In this document: positions 11,439 to 21,172 of the stretch, piece by piece
Layout of the letters: each line of letters starts with the position of its first letter
Numbering within the stretch: position 1 is the stretch's first letter
NCBI GenBank assembly: GCA_937984275.1
Contig: CALJYC010000099.1
Location: 1-47,319 of the forward strand
Length of the DNA stretch: 47,319 nucleotides
Direction of reading: 5' to 3'
From: an uncultured bacterium
GTDB taxonomy: Bacteria; Myxococcota_A; Polyangia; Polyangiales; Houyiibacteriaceae
Made by a program: the position numbers and the translations under genes
The notes under the pieces: generated by a model
What the model was told of the DNA's origin: nothing
What the model saw: the letters and a program-made list of their open reading frames with translations, nothing else
The model's database searches: none

Positions 11439-11498
11439 GATCTGTATGGTTGGCTTTCACTCGCATTGCGCCGCTGATCGGGCTAGAAGTGTCCCCGC

Positions 11499-11572
11499 GG
11501 GCCCATAGCTCAATTGGTTAGAGCCCCCGGCTCATAACCGGGTTGTTCCTGGTTCGAGTCCAGGTGGGCCTA
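11499..11572 (+). tRNA. tRNA with CAU anticodon (elongator Met, or Ile2 read after lysidine modification); no encoded CCA
   Basis: Cloverleaf by hand: acceptor GGGCCCA/TGGGCCT (G1-U72 wobble), D arm GCTC-AATTGGTTA-GAGC, anticodon arm CCCGG-CTCATAA-CCGGG, T arm CCTGG-TTCGAGT-CCAGG, discriminator A. It is not an initiator: it lacks the C1xA72 mismatch and has only two G-C pairs at the base of the anticodon stem. Confidence 0.9.
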
Positions 11573-11574
11573 CT

Positions 11575-11601
11575 AAGCAAAACCGCGTCGCGGTTTTGCT
11601 T
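11575..11601 (+). terminator. Rho-independent-type hairpin directly after tRNA(CAU)
   Basis: AAGCAAAACCGC gtc GCGGTTTTGCTT forms a 12-bp stem with a 3-nt loop. The A-run and T-run lie inside the arms, so the hairpin looks symmetric in both directions. Confidence 0.55.
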
Positions 11602-11719
11602 GAGCCCCGTGGACGGCGCGAAGCGCCGGCTTTGCGGGGCCGCGTCTATCGGTTCTCTTGCGCCCCGCAGCAAGGCACGCTACAGCCCCGCCAGCTTTGG
11701 CTGACCACGGAGGCGATCC

Positions 11720-12433
11720 TTGCGCGAAGAGCTTTTAGCGCTGGCTAAACTTGCTGAAATGGATGACTCGGCGCGTGACATCGACGCTGAGCTCAAACAG
11801 ATCCCGCAGAGCTTGGAAGAACTGCGGGACAACGTGCAAACGCTGGAAACCATGCTCGCCCATGAGCGCCAGCAGCTCGAGGAAGCGGAGCAGCTCAAGG
11901 CGCAACAGGGCACCGAGCTCAAGGAGCGGAACGAAGGGCTGCAGCGGGCTCGCAAGAAGGTCGCACAAGCGTCTAGCATCCGCGAAGCCGACGCCGGCGA
12001 GCGAGAGGTCGAGGCCAACCGTCGCTCGATCAAAGAGCGCGAAGACGAGCTCGGCCGAATCGGTCAAGCAATCGAAGCGAAGACTGCGTCCCTTGCCGAG
12101 CGCGAAAAAGACTTCGAAGAAGCCAAGAGCGTTTTGCAGTCGAAGGAAGAGTCCTCCAAGACCCGCATCGCCGAGCTCGAAGAGCAACGCGGCAAGCTGC
12201 TCGACGGTCGAGAGGGACTCGCCGCCAAAGTCCCGAAGTCAGTCGTCAAGCGCTACGAGCGCCTCAAGACGGGCATCACCAACGTCGTCATCATCATCAG
12301 CGACGGCACGTGCACCGGCTGCCGAATGGCGCTTCCGCCACAACTGACCATCGAGCTACAACGCGCGAACGACCTTCATCAGTGCCCACATTGCCGCCGG
12401 ATCATCATTCACAAGAAAGTGATCGAAGACTAG
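11720..12433 (+). CDS. Coiled-coil protein with C-terminal C4 zinc ribbon (COG1579 / DUF164 family, HP0958-like)
   Basis: 237 aa with a TTG start. A long heptad-rich, Glu/Lys/Arg-rich region is followed by CTGCRMALPPQ...HQCPHCRRII (CxxC-n-CxxC). Confidence 0.75.
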   Translation: MREELLALAKLAEMDDSARDIDAELKQIPQSLEELRDNVQTLETMLAHERQQLEEAEQLKAQQGTELKERNEGLQRARKKVAQASSIREADAGEREVEANRRSIKEREDELGRIGQAIEAKTASLAEREKDFEEAKSVLQSKEESSKTRIAELEEQRGKLLDGREGLAAKVPKSVVKRYERLKTGITNVVIIISDGTCTGCRMALPPQLTIELQRANDLHQCPHCRRIIIHKKVIED

Positions 12434-12447
12434 GCGCAACGACCGTG

Positions 12448-13368
12448 TCAGACGATCGCTAACCAGCTGTCGTCCGGGACATTCACTCCGCGCACGGCGT
12501 CGAAGTATGCGCTTTGCACCTTCTCGGTGATCGGCCCACGCGACCCCGCGCCGATTGTTCTGTCATCGAGCTCGCGGACGGGTGTGACCTCGGCGGCGGT
12601 GCCGACCATGAAGACCTCGTCGGCGATGTAGAGCTCGTCGCGCGAGATCAGGCGTTCGTGGATGGTGAGCCTCAGGTCGTGCATCACACGCATGACCGAG
12701 TTGCGGGTGATGCCGCCCAAGATCGAGACGCCCATTGGCGGTGTTGCGATCTCACCGTCGCGGACCACGAAGATGTTCTCGCCGGACGCCTCGGAGACGT
12801 AGCCCTGAGTGTCGAGCATGATGGCCTCGTCGTAGCCGATACTCTGGACCTCGCGCTTTGCGAGGATCGAGTTGACATAGTGGCCGTTGATTTTGCCCTT
12901 CGACATCAAGGTATTTACGCCTGCTCGCTGAAACGAGCTCACCTTGGCGCGTATGCCCCGCCGTAGGCCTTCCTCGCCGAGGTATGCGCCCCAACGCCAT
13001 GCGATGACGGCCACTCGCGTTGGGTTGGTCTTGGCGCCGAGCCCCATCTCGCCGTCGCCCATGAAGGCGATGGGCCGCAGGTAGCACTCGTCGAGGCCGT
13101 TGGCCCGAACCGTCTCGAGGCACGCCTCGACGATCTCCTCTTGGCTGTGCGGCATCGGGAGCATACAAATGTGGGCAGAATCGAACAGGCGCCGAATGTG
13201 TTCTTCCAAACGAAAGATCGCGCTTCGTCCGTCTTTCAGCTTGTAGCAGCGAATGCCTTCGAAGACGCCCAGCCCGTAGTGGAGGGTGTGGGTCAAAACG
13301 TGGACGTTCGCCTGCTCCCAAGGAATGAGCTTCCCATCGAGCCAGATCTTGTCCACTTTGTCGACCAT
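12448..13368 (-). CDS. ilvE: Branched-chain amino acid aminotransferase
   Basis: 306 aa with HYGLGVFEGIRCY, YLRPIAFMGDGEMGL, KINGHYVNSILAKRE and EASGENIFVV, all class IV aminotransferase hallmarks. Confidence 0.93.
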   Translation of the reverse strand: MVDKVDKIWLDGKLIPWEQANVHVLTHTLHYGLGVFEGIRCYKLKDGRSAIFRLEEHIRRLFDSAHICMLPMPHSQEEIVEACLETVRANGLDECYLRPIAFMGDGEMGLGAKTNPTRVAVIAWRWGAYLGEEGLRRGIRAKVSSFQRAGVNTLMSKGKINGHYVNSILAKREVQSIGYDEAIMLDTQGYVSEASGENIFVVRDGEIATPPMGVSILGGITRNSVMRVMHDLRLTIHERLISRDELYIADEVFMVGTAAEVTPVRELDDRTIGAGSRGPITEKVQSAYFDAVRGVNVPDDSWLAIV

Positions 13369-13436
13369 TGCTGCTCCTTACACCCCCACCAATCGGGGGT
13401 CGCGCGTATGTAGCATAAATCCGCAATTCCGCTGAG

Positions 13437-13465
13437 TTGACCTGATTGGGGGCATGGAGTAGAAA
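13437..13465 (+). promoter_or_regulatory. Possible sigma-70 promoter for yajC-secDF
   Basis: TTGACC (13437-13442), a 17-nt spacer, then TAGAAA (13460-13465), about 60 nt upstream of the yajC start region. Confidence 0.3.
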
Positions 13466-13524
13466 CGCCGGCGCTTCAGGGGCCTGGAACGCAGCGTGCA
13501 TCCGGGCTCCACGAGCATTGAGGG

Positions 13525-13914
13525 TTGGTAGTGCTGTATTCGTTATTTCACATTTTGCTTCAGCCTGACGTGAGCGGTGGTCCGGTCGCGCCCCCTACGG
13601 GAGGTGGCGGTCCAGTACCCGGGCCCATGGGCTGTGGCGGCGGCGGAACCGAGCAAATCGGTTTGCTTCTACTGATGTTCGCGGTTCTCTACTTCCTGAT
13701 GATCCGACCACAGCAGAAGCGCGCCAAGCAGCACGAAACGATGATGGGTGCCCTTCAGAAGGGGGACATCGTCCGTACCAATGGGGGAATCCGCGGCGAG
13801 ATCACCGCGCTCGACGAGCGTGACGTGACCATCGAGGTCGCGGACCGCACACGCATCAAGGTGTTGCGGAGCCACGTTGCAGGGTTGGACCAACCCCCCG
13901 AAGAGAAAAGCTAA
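13525..13914 (+). CDS. yajC: Preprotein translocase subunit YajC
   Basis: Has the single-TM plus LMIRPQQKRAKQHETMMGALQKGDIVRTNGGIRGEI signature. The start is uncertain: TTG 13525 is the track start, GTG 13531 lies 6 nt after GAGGG, and ATG 13627 is also possible. Confidence 0.85.
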   Translation: MVVLYSLFHILLQPDVSGGPVAPPTGGGGPVPGPMGCGGGGTEQIGLLLLMFAVLYFLMIRPQQKRAKQHETMMGALQKGDIVRTNGGIRGEITALDERDVTIEVADRTRIKVLRSHVAGLDQPPEEKS

Positions 13915-13931
13915 ACGCACAGGCGAGGATC

Positions 13932-15731
13932 ATGGATCGAGGCTGGTATTTTCGTTTGGCAATCGTTGTCGGCTCGTCCGCCCTGGGCTTTCTCGCCCTG
14001 TGGCCGAGCGTTGATCGATGGTTGCCATGCCCCGACATAGTTAAAGAGACTTTCGAGAATCAGATCAACCCCGGCCTCGATATCAAAGGCGGCCTTCGAT
14101 TGATGTACGAAGTCGAGGTCGACGAGTACATTCGCGACCGCCGGGACCGGGTCGCCGAGCAGGTGCAGCGCCAGTGCGGTGTTCTGATCGGTGTCGTTTC
14201 TGAGGAGGAAGTCGACGAAATCGACAAAGCCAAGCTCGACGAGATTCGTCAGCGGTGCAAAGTCGAGCGCGTCGACAAGGATGGCGGTGCGGTTCGAGCG
14301 ATTCGGATGACGTTCTCCAACCAAGAGGACGCGCAGAAGCTCTCCAAGACCTGGGTGAAGGACTATTTCCGCGACCTCCGCGTCGCGAGCGGCGTGGGCG
14401 ACCTGGTGGTCGACCTTCACATGCGCGAAGAGCAGCTTGCCAACATGCGCGAGACTGCAGTTCGTCAGTCCGAGCGCACAATCACCAACCGTATCGACAG
14501 CATGGGCGTTCTCGAGCCGACCGTCATCGCCCGGCCGAACGACGGTGACATCATCATCGAGATTCCCGGCGCGCAGGAGAGCTCGTTCGAGCGGATCAAA
14601 TCGATCATCAGCCGCACCGCGCAGCTGAGTTTCAAGATCGTCGATGACGAGTCAGACGCGCGCGCCGTCTTCACCGCGCCGCCGGAGGGGATCTACCTCA
14701 ACCAGGGCGCCCAGGTCTTTGCCGAGGCCTTCGGAGAGGATGCGCGCGATCGCCTCCGCGCATACATCGCAACGCTCCCGGTGCCTGACGATCACGAGGT
14801 CTCCATCGGCCGCCAGGATCCCGACCCCGAGCGGGGAGGCGAGGGCTGGCGCACCTATTACATGTACCGCGTCGCCGATGCGACCGGCGAGGACCTCGAT
14901 GACGCCTCGGTTGGCTTTGACCCGCAGAGCGGCAGCCCCGAGGTCGACTTCACCATGAACACGCGCGGCGCATCGCGCATGGCTGACCTCACCGGCCGCA
15001 GCATCGGCAAGCGCATGGCGATCGTCCTCGACGACCGCGTTGAGTCGGCGCCCGTCATTCAGGGCCAGATCGGTGCGCGCGGCCGCATCACCCTTGGCGC
15101 CTACCTCGACCGCAACGAGCTTTTACAGGAGGCTAGAGACCTCGTCGTCGTGCTTCAGGCCGGCGCGCTTCCCGCCCCGCTTCGCCCGGCCAACGAGCAG
15201 CTCATCGGCCCAACGCTCGGTCAGGACTCCGTGCGGAAGGGCGCGGTTGCTGCGCTGGTTGGAGTCATCCTGGTCTTGATTTTCATGGCCGCCTACTATC
15301 AGGTCGCCGGCCTGGTCGCGAATGCGATGGTCTTGCTGAACCTGCAGCTTCTACTCGGAACCATGTCCGGGATCGGCGCCACGCTCACGCTGCCCTGTGT
15401 CGCCGCGATCGCGCTTACGGTTGGTATGGCCGTCGATGCGAACGTGCTCATTACAGAGCGCATCAGGGAAGAGCTAAGGCTCGGAAAATCTCCGCGCTCT
15501 GCAGTGGAGCAGGGGTACGCACGGGCGTATTCGTCGGTGTTCGATAGCCAGCTCACGACGGCCATCGCGGGGATCGTGCTTTGGCAGTTCGGCACCGGGC
15601 CGATCAAGGGGTTTGCCACGATGCTGTTGATCGGCATCGGGACCTCGCTCTTCACCGGCACGTTCTGCTCCAAGGTGCTCTTCGACTGGCTCGTACGCGG
15701 TATGCGCGTGCAGCGACTGCGGGTGGGCTGA
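13932..15731 (+). CDS. secD: Protein translocase subunit SecD
   Basis: 599 aa with an N-terminal TM, a large periplasmic domain and a C-terminal 5-TM block (GIGATLTLPCVAAIALTVGMAVDANVLITERIREE). Confidence 0.93.
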   Translation: MDRGWYFRLAIVVGSSALGFLALWPSVDRWLPCPDIVKETFENQINPGLDIKGGLRLMYEVEVDEYIRDRRDRVAEQVQRQCGVLIGVVSEEEVDEIDKAKLDEIRQRCKVERVDKDGGAVRAIRMTFSNQEDAQKLSKTWVKDYFRDLRVASGVGDLVVDLHMREEQLANMRETAVRQSERTITNRIDSMGVLEPTVIARPNDGDIIIEIPGAQESSFERIKSIISRTAQLSFKIVDDESDARAVFTAPPEGIYLNQGAQVFAEAFGEDARDRLRAYIATLPVPDDHEVSIGRQDPDPERGGEGWRTYYMYRVADATGEDLDDASVGFDPQSGSPEVDFTMNTRGASRMADLTGRSIGKRMAIVLDDRVESAPVIQGQIGARGRITLGAYLDRNELLQEARDLVVVLQAGALPAPLRPANEQLIGPTLGQDSVRKGAVAALVGVILVLIFMAAYYQVAGLVANAMVLLNLQLLLGTMSGIGATLTLPCVAAIALTVGMAVDANVLITERIREELRLGKSPRSAVEQGYARAYSSVFDSQLTTAIAGIVLWQFGTGPIKGFATMLLIGIGTSLFTGTFCSKVLFDWLVRGMRVQRLRVG

Positions 15732-15732
15732 C

Positions 15733-16866
15733 ATGGAATTCATCAAACCCGGCACCTATATCGACTTCATGAAGTACCGCGGGCCGGTGATCACCGTCCT
15801 CGGTCTGATGGCTACCCTGAGCCTCGTCTCGCTCTTCTACCCCGGGCCCAACTACGGCATCGACTTCGCCGGCGGCACCGAGGTTCAGCTGGCCTTCAAG
15901 GCCGAGACGTCGCCGGGCGAGGTCCGCAACGCCCTCGAAGATGGGGGGTACGCCCGCCCGGACGTGATCAGCGTCGAGGACATGCCCAACGAGTACATCA
16001 TCCGCGTTCGCGAGGTATCGTCCCTGCCTGAGGAGCAGATCGAGAAGATCCGCGAGGCGGCCGCGGCAGCGCTCGGCGAGGACGTTGTGCGCGAGATGAA
16101 GGTTTCGCCAGGCGGCGACAAGATCACGCTCCGTGTTTCGGGTGAGGTCCATGAGCAGCAGCTGCAAGAGGCCCTCGAGGCCGGTGGCGCGCACGTTCGC
16201 TCGATCAACTCGCTCGCGGGCAGTCGCGATCCCCGGTACGAGGCGCACCTCGTCGGTGTCGCGGACGAGCTGCTCGATCTGCTTCGGGAGCGGTTTCCCG
16301 ACCGAGCGCCTGACGAGGCGCTTCGCGTCGAGTGGGTCGGTCCGAAGGCGGGCGAGCAGCTTCGCGACGCGGCGATTCAGTCACTGCTGTACGCCATCGC
16401 ATTCATCATGCTGTATGTGGCGTTCCGCTTCGACTTGAGATTTGCGCCAGGCGGGGTCATCGCCATGCTGCATGACGCGCTCATCACGCTTGGCATCTAC
16501 GTCCTTCTGCAAAAAGAAGTGAACCTCACTACGGTCGCCGCGCTTCTCACCATCATGGGTTATTCGATCAACGACACTATCGTCGTGTTCGACCGAATCC
16601 GTGAGAACATGGTGCGCGTCCGAGACAAGAGCCTCCGCGAGCTGATCAACCTCAGTACCTCGCAAATGCTATCGCGAACCCTCGTCACATCGCTCACGAC
16701 GCTCTTGTCGGTGTCTGCGTTCTTTTTCCTGGGCACCGGAGTCATTCAGGACATCGCCTTCGCGTTGGGCATAGGTATTATGATCGGCACGTTGTCGTCG
16801 ATCTTCATTGCCGCGCCGATCACCGAGCTGATGGACCGGCGTCTCTTCAGTCGTTCACGGGGCTAG
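15733..16866 (+). CDS. secF: Protein translocase subunit SecF
   Basis: 377 aa, starting 1 nt after the secD stop. Contains IDFAGGTEVQ and the C-terminal TM block with GYSINDTIVVFDRIREN. Confidence 0.93.
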   Translation: MEFIKPGTYIDFMKYRGPVITVLGLMATLSLVSLFYPGPNYGIDFAGGTEVQLAFKAETSPGEVRNALEDGGYARPDVISVEDMPNEYIIRVREVSSLPEEQIEKIREAAAAALGEDVVREMKVSPGGDKITLRVSGEVHEQQLQEALEAGGAHVRSINSLAGSRDPRYEAHLVGVADELLDLLRERFPDRAPDEALRVEWVGPKAGEQLRDAAIQSLLYAIAFIMLYVAFRFDLRFAPGGVIAMLHDALITLGIYVLLQKEVNLTTVAALLTIMGYSINDTIVVFDRIRENMVRVRDKSLRELINLSTSQMLSRTLVTSLTTLLSVSAFFFLGTGVIQDIAFALGIGIMIGTLSSIFIAAPITELMDRRLFSRSRG

Positions 16867-16870
16867 CTCC

Positions 16871-18547
16871 GTGGACAGGTACAGCGTGCGGCCCTCCGAC
16901 GAACGGGCGGCCGGCATGCTTGCCGACGCCTGTGGATTGGGGCTGACTGCGGCCCAAGTGCTTCTGCATCGGGGTCTCTGCGATGCAGAGGAGGCGCGCT
17001 CATTTCTCGACTCCACGCTGCGCGGGTTGAGCTCTCCCGAGCCGATGGCCGACCGCGCGCTGGCCTCGGAACGCATCGCGCGCGCGATCCGCGCCAGGGA
17101 ACGGATCGTCGTGTTTGGCGACTACGATGTCGATGGCACGACCTCGGCCGTGATTCTCAGCGAGATGATCGCCACCCTCGGAGGAGAGGTGCGAACCCTC
17201 ATCGCAGACCGATTTCACGGGGGATATGGCCTCAGTGATGAGGCTCTCGACCGGTGTCTGGCTGAACGGCCCGGCCTGTTGGTGACCTGTGATTGCGGCT
17301 CGAGCGACCACGAACGGATCGCCAAGGCCACTGCCAACGGCATCGACGTCATCGTGGTCGACCACCACCTCGTGCCGCAAGAAGCCCTCCCGGCGTTTGC
17401 CTTTCTCAATCCGCATCGCCCCGAATGCGGCTTCGCCTACAAGGGCCTGTGCAGCGCGGGCCTTGCCTTTTCGTTGGGTGCCGCGCTCCGCTCGGAGCTG
17501 GGCGCCCGACTCGACCTTCGTGCATGGCTAGACTTGGTGGCGATTGGCACGATCGCCGACATCGCACCGCTGACCGGGGACAATCGGCGTCTGGTCCGGG
17601 CGGGCTTGAAAAAGATCGGCGCGCCTGGCACGAGGCCGGCTCTCGTCGCGCTGCGGCAGGCCGCCAAGATCCCAGAGTCCGCCCAACTCACAGCGCGTGA
17701 CGTGGCCTTTCGCTTTTCACCCCGGCTCAACGCGCCGGGCCGGCTCGGCGTTGCCGACCTCACGCTCCGTTTCCTGACTGCGACAACCCCGAAGGAGGCG
17801 TGGGGCTTGCTCCAAGACGTCGAGGCGCAGAACGACGAGCGCAAAGCACTCGCGAATCGAGCAACCGAAGAGGCACGCGCACAGGTGTGCGAGCTCTACG
17901 GAGAGACGCCTGAAGAAGGTGTGGTCGTCGCGAGCGACGCGTGGCATCGTGGGGTCGTCGGCATCGTGGCCGCACGCCTGGTGGACGCGTTTGGCGTCCC
18001 CGCGGTCGTGATCGCAGTCGACGGCGAGCACGGCCACGGCAGCGCTCGAACGACGGCTGACTTCGACGTCTACAGCGCGCTCGCCCGATGCACATCGGAT
18101 CTAAGCGCTTGGGGCGGCCATCGCGCCGCGGCGGGGCTCTCCTTGTCGAAGAGCGCAATCGATTCCTTCCGCGCAGCGTTCCTACGGGCCACGCAGGGCG
18201 AGGGCTTCGGCGAGCAGCGGTTGGCGGAGGTCGACGTTGCGCTTGGCGGGGCGTTCCGCGTTCCCACCCTCGAGGATCTGCAGCGACTCGGCCCGTTCGG
18301 CGAAGGTCATCCGGTGCCCACGTTCTTAGTCGACGCGCACGTCGTGGAAGCGAAGGGGGTTGGCGAAGGGCGCGCCCACGGAAAACTCAAGCTGCGCGTC
18401 GGTCAGGATTCCGTTCGCGCGTTCGCGCCCGGCATGTTCTCGCGCATCGAAGGCCGGGAGAACCTCCGGCTCGTCGGCGAGTTTCAGCCCGACCATTGGA
18501 TCGGCGGGCGTGCGGTCGAGCTCCTCGTCAAGGACGTACTCGACTAG
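16871..18547 (+). CDS. recJ: Single-stranded-DNA-specific exonuclease RecJ
   Basis: 558 aa with DHH-family motifs: FGDYDVDGTTS, TCDCGSS, VVDHH, IGTIADIAPL. Confidence 0.92.
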   Translation: MDRYSVRPSDERAAGMLADACGLGLTAAQVLLHRGLCDAEEARSFLDSTLRGLSSPEPMADRALASERIARAIRARERIVVFGDYDVDGTTSAVILSEMIATLGGEVRTLIADRFHGGYGLSDEALDRCLAERPGLLVTCDCGSSDHERIAKATANGIDVIVVDHHLVPQEALPAFAFLNPHRPECGFAYKGLCSAGLAFSLGAALRSELGARLDLRAWLDLVAIGTIADIAPLTGDNRRLVRAGLKKIGAPGTRPALVALRQAAKIPESAQLTARDVAFRFSPRLNAPGRLGVADLTLRFLTATTPKEAWGLLQDVEAQNDERKALANRATEEARAQVCELYGETPEEGVVVASDAWHRGVVGIVAARLVDAFGVPAVVIAVDGEHGHGSARTTADFDVYSALARCTSDLSAWGGHRAAAGLSLSKSAIDSFRAAFLRATQGEGFGEQRLAEVDVALGGAFRVPTLEDLQRLGPFGEGHPVPTFLVDAHVVEAKGVGEGRAHGKLKLRVGQDSVRAFAPGMFSRIEGRENLRLVGEFQPDHWIGGRAVELLVKDVLD

Positions 18548-18691
18548 TGTGCGGATCTCTTTCCTTGTGGTCGGCTTACGTCCTCGTCGCTCCGCTGCGA
18601 GGCACATGAGTGCCTCTCACTACGCTCCTGCGGGCGCGCTCGACCACCAAAAATCTCTCGCACACTAAGTTTCTGGATCACGCACCAGACC

Positions 18692-19471
18692 TTACCTGCC
18701 GGTCCATTGGGGCTCGCGCTTCTCGAAGAACGCGGCGAGACCTTCCTTGGCATCCTCGCTGTTGAGTACGGCGTAGAGCTGCTCACGCAGGTAGGGAAGG
18801 GCCTCTTCGACCGACATTTTGCGCTGCTCGTTGAAGGCGTTGAGCCCCATCCGCATGGCGTTGGGCGACTGCTTCGCGAGCTGCCCGGCAAGCTCCGCGA
18901 CACGCGCATCGAGCTGGTCGTCCGGCACGACCTCGGTCAGCAAACCGATCTCCTGCGCCTTCGTTGCGGTGATCTTGTCACCCAGCAAGATGAGCTTCAG
19001 CAGCTCCCGAGAGTGAACGACGCGTTGAAGGACTGCCATGATCATCATGGGGAACAAGCCGCGCTTGATCTCCGGTGTTCCGAGGATCGCGCTTTCGCAG
19101 GCGATGGCGAAGTGACAGCAAGCGACGATGCCCATCGCGCCGCCCATCACGTATCCCGGGATGCGTGCGACGATGGGCTTTTTCATCGTGTCGAAGCGCA
19201 GGAGCAAGTCATCGAACTCGCCCTTCTTCTCGAGCTTGCTCCGGTCCGCGGTCATACCCTTCAGGTCCGCGCCTGCGCTGAATGCGTTCCCAGCCCCCGT
19301 CAGCACGATCACCCGTACGTCGTCAGAGGCTTCTGCGTCGTCAAGGGCCCACAGAAGCTCGTTCACTACCTCCTGGCTGAGCGGGTTCTTCTTCTCCGGC
19401 TTGTTGAAGGTCAGGGTGACGATGTGCCCGTCCTGCTGCACGAGCAGGGATTGATAGTCGCGCTCCTCCAT
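18692..19471 (-). CDS. Enoyl-CoA hydratase/isomerase (crotonase) family protein
   Basis: 259 aa. Has the crotonase fold signature (VIVLTGAGNAFSAGADLKG; IPGYVMGGAMGIVACCHFAIA). Substrate is not assignable. Confidence 0.85.
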   Translation of the reverse strand: MEERDYQSLLVQQDGHIVTLTFNKPEKKNPLSQEVVNELLWALDDAEASDDVRVIVLTGAGNAFSAGADLKGMTADRSKLEKKGEFDDLLLRFDTMKKPIVARIPGYVMGGAMGIVACCHFAIACESAILGTPEIKRGLFPMMIMAVLQRVVHSRELLKLILLGDKITATKAQEIGLLTEVVPDDQLDARVAELAGQLAKQSPNAMRMGLNAFNEQRKMSVEEALPYLREQLYAVLNSEDAKEGLAAFFEKREPQWTGR

Positions 19472-19537
19472 CGCCGGATTCTTGGGCGCTCGTTCAGTGA
19501 ATTCAAGGCGAATGATTCCGCCCGTAACGTCGCGTGG

Positions 19538-19566
19538 TTGCAGCTATTTCGAGGTCCGTGTAGTGT
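19538..19566 (+). promoter_or_regulatory. Possible sigma-70 promoter upstream of the 19592 gene and tilS
   Basis: TTGCAG (19538-19543), a 17-nt spacer, then TAGTGT (19561-19566). Hexamer match only. Confidence 0.2.
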
Positions 19567-19591
19567 AGGCTGAGACGCAGCGGGGGGCAGA

Positions 19592-20200
19592 GTGAGCTGG
19601 GAGCAGATCGGATGTGCGGTTGCATTGGCGGCGGTGGTTTCGCTGTCTGCGCCTCCTCGTGCTGCCGATGCGCAAACCGACCCGGCTGTATTTGACACTG
19701 TCCGAGCCACGCCGAAGGGCACGATCGGCTTGGGGCTCGTTGGCGCTGAGCTCGGGCTCATCATTCCCTCCGTGTCGGGGCTCAACGACGCCTGGGCGTT
19801 GGCTGTCTTCCCGGTCGTCGGCGCCGCCGGCGGTGCGCTTGCGGGCTACTTCGCTCTCGACAAACCCGGCCGCGAAAAGGCTTCGGTCGCCACGCTGGTC
19901 GTTGGCTTGGCCGGTGTGCTCCCTGCCATCCTGGTCACCGTCAAAGGCGTCCGTCGGGAGCGGCAGGAACGCTGGGAACCGACCCCTCAAATCGACCTGC
20001 GAACCGAGAAGGAGCAACGCGCCTTCGAAACGGCCGAGGCGGGCCCTGGGCTCCTCCGGAGGTCCCGCTCCGGGCTTCGTGTGGCCATGCCGGGCATTTC
20101 AGTGTCGCGTCGCGGGGCCCAGAGTGTGGAAACGGCGAAGATGGGCGGGTTGCGCGACCGCACCGAGATGCGGCTTTCCCTCGCGTCTGGCGTGTTTTAG
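19592..20200 (+). CDS. Hypothetical exported/membrane protein
   Basis: 202 aa with a GTG start. A signal-like N-terminus (AVALAAVVSLSAPPRAADA) is followed by three Gly/Ala-rich hydrophobic segments and then a charged C-terminal region. No family recognised. It ends 9 nt before tilS. Confidence 0.5.
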   Translation: MSWEQIGCAVALAAVVSLSAPPRAADAQTDPAVFDTVRATPKGTIGLGLVGAELGLIIPSVSGLNDAWALAVFPVVGAAGGALAGYFALDKPGREKASVATLVVGLAGVLPAILVTVKGVRRERQERWEPTPQIDLRTEKEQRAFETAEAGPGLLRRSRSGLRVAMPGISVSRRGAQSVETAKMGGLRDRTEMRLSLASGVF

Positions 20201-20209
20201 CGTTCCCGT

Positions 20210-21172
20210 ATGATCACGTCGACAGTGCGGAGGACTGTGCGCGAGCGTGCGCTGGTGTCTCCGGGAGATCACGTGCTCGTGGCGTGCTCCGGCGGGCCGG
20301 ACTCGACCGCCCTGTTGCACGTGCTGCATCGGCTTCGGAGCGAGCTTGGCATCACGCTTTGCGTTGCGTCGATCGATCACGGCCTGCGGCCCGAGTCTGC
20401 ATCTGAGGTCGAGCACGTGGGTGCCTTTGCAAGCACGCTCGGCGTGCCGTTCTATCCGGTGCGCGTCGATCTCGCGACCGAAGGCGTCTCGATTCAGGCG
20501 CGAGCGCGCGAGCTTCGGTATGGAGCATTGCGCGAGGTGGCCCGTGCTCACGGCGCCGTCCGGATCGCCGTCGGGCACACCCAGGATGATCAAGCGGAAA
20601 CGGTGCTCGCGCGAGTGCTCCGTGGTGCCGGCCTCCGCGGCCTCGAGGGGATCGAGGCCCGAAGGATGGATGGAGTAATCCGCCCGCTGCTCGATTGCCG
20701 TCGTCCCGACGTGCGGGCTTACGCGGAGGAGCGAGCACTTCCATTCGTTGACGACCCTTCGAATCATCAACGCACCTTCGAGCGGGTTCGCATTCGTCAC
20801 GAGGTTCTGCCTGCGCTCGAGGCCGAGGACCCGCGTGTGGTCGAGCACCTGTGCGCGTTGAGCGAGGAGGCCGCCGAGCTCAATGCCTACCTCGATGCCC
20901 GCCTTCCCCAGCTCCCTCCGGAGGGTGAGCGCTCCGTTCTCACAAAAACCCTCACCGAGCTCCCAGCCCCGATTCGGATTCGCTGGCTGAGGCGCTGGAT
21001 CTCGCAGGAAACCGGCTTAACCCCTAACCGCACCCATCTTACCGAGGTGGGCCGACTTCTTACGGGTCAGGGGGAGGTCCTGCTAGGATCGGGGTGGTCG
21101 ATCTGCCGTCACGGCGGAGGGCTTTCGCTGGAATATCGTGAGCATCGTAGAACTCGAAGCAATCGTTCCTGA
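20210..21172 (+). CDS. tilS: tRNA(Ile)-lysidine synthase (short form)
   Basis: 320 aa with the PP-loop VACSGGPDSTALL, then IDHGLRPES and GHTQDDQAETVL. Confidence 0.9.
   Translation: MITSTVRRTVRERALVSPGDHVLVACSGGPDSTALLHVLHRLRSELGITLCVASIDHGLRPESASEVEHVGAFASTLGVPFYPVRVDLATEGVSIQARARELRYGALREVARAHGAVRIAVGHTQDDQAETVLARVLRGAGLRGLEGIEARRMDGVIRPLLDCRRPDVRAYAEERALPFVDDPSNHQRTFERVRIRHEVLPALEAEDPRVVEHLCALSEEAAELNAYLDARLPQLPPEGERSVLTKTLTELPAPIRIRWLRRWISQETGLTPNRTHLTEVGRLLTGQGEVLLGSGWSICRHGGGLSLEYREHRRTRSNRS

Noticed and set aside
11188-11508. 106-aa ORF in the rpoD-tRNA spacer, including an internal ATG at 11335 preceded by AGGAG
   Set aside because: Its 3' end runs into the tRNA gene and its composition is low-complexity. 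The AGGAG is part of the 13-bp stem of the structured element. An RNA-level explanation is better supported.
11573-11719. Possible genomic-island integration site downstream of tRNA(CAU)
   Set aside because: There is no integrase, no direct repeat of the tRNA 3' end and no compositional shift. The next genes are ordinary housekeeping genes.
18545-18667. 9-bp inverted repeat TAGTGTGCG / CGCACACTA spanning the recJ-crotonase convergent spacer, plus the hairpin GAGGCAC-atga-GTGCCTC at 18598-18615
   Set aside because: A 9-mer match over this distance is plausibly chance. The inner hairpin has no U-tract. I found no further supporting pairing, so I do not call a terminator or element.
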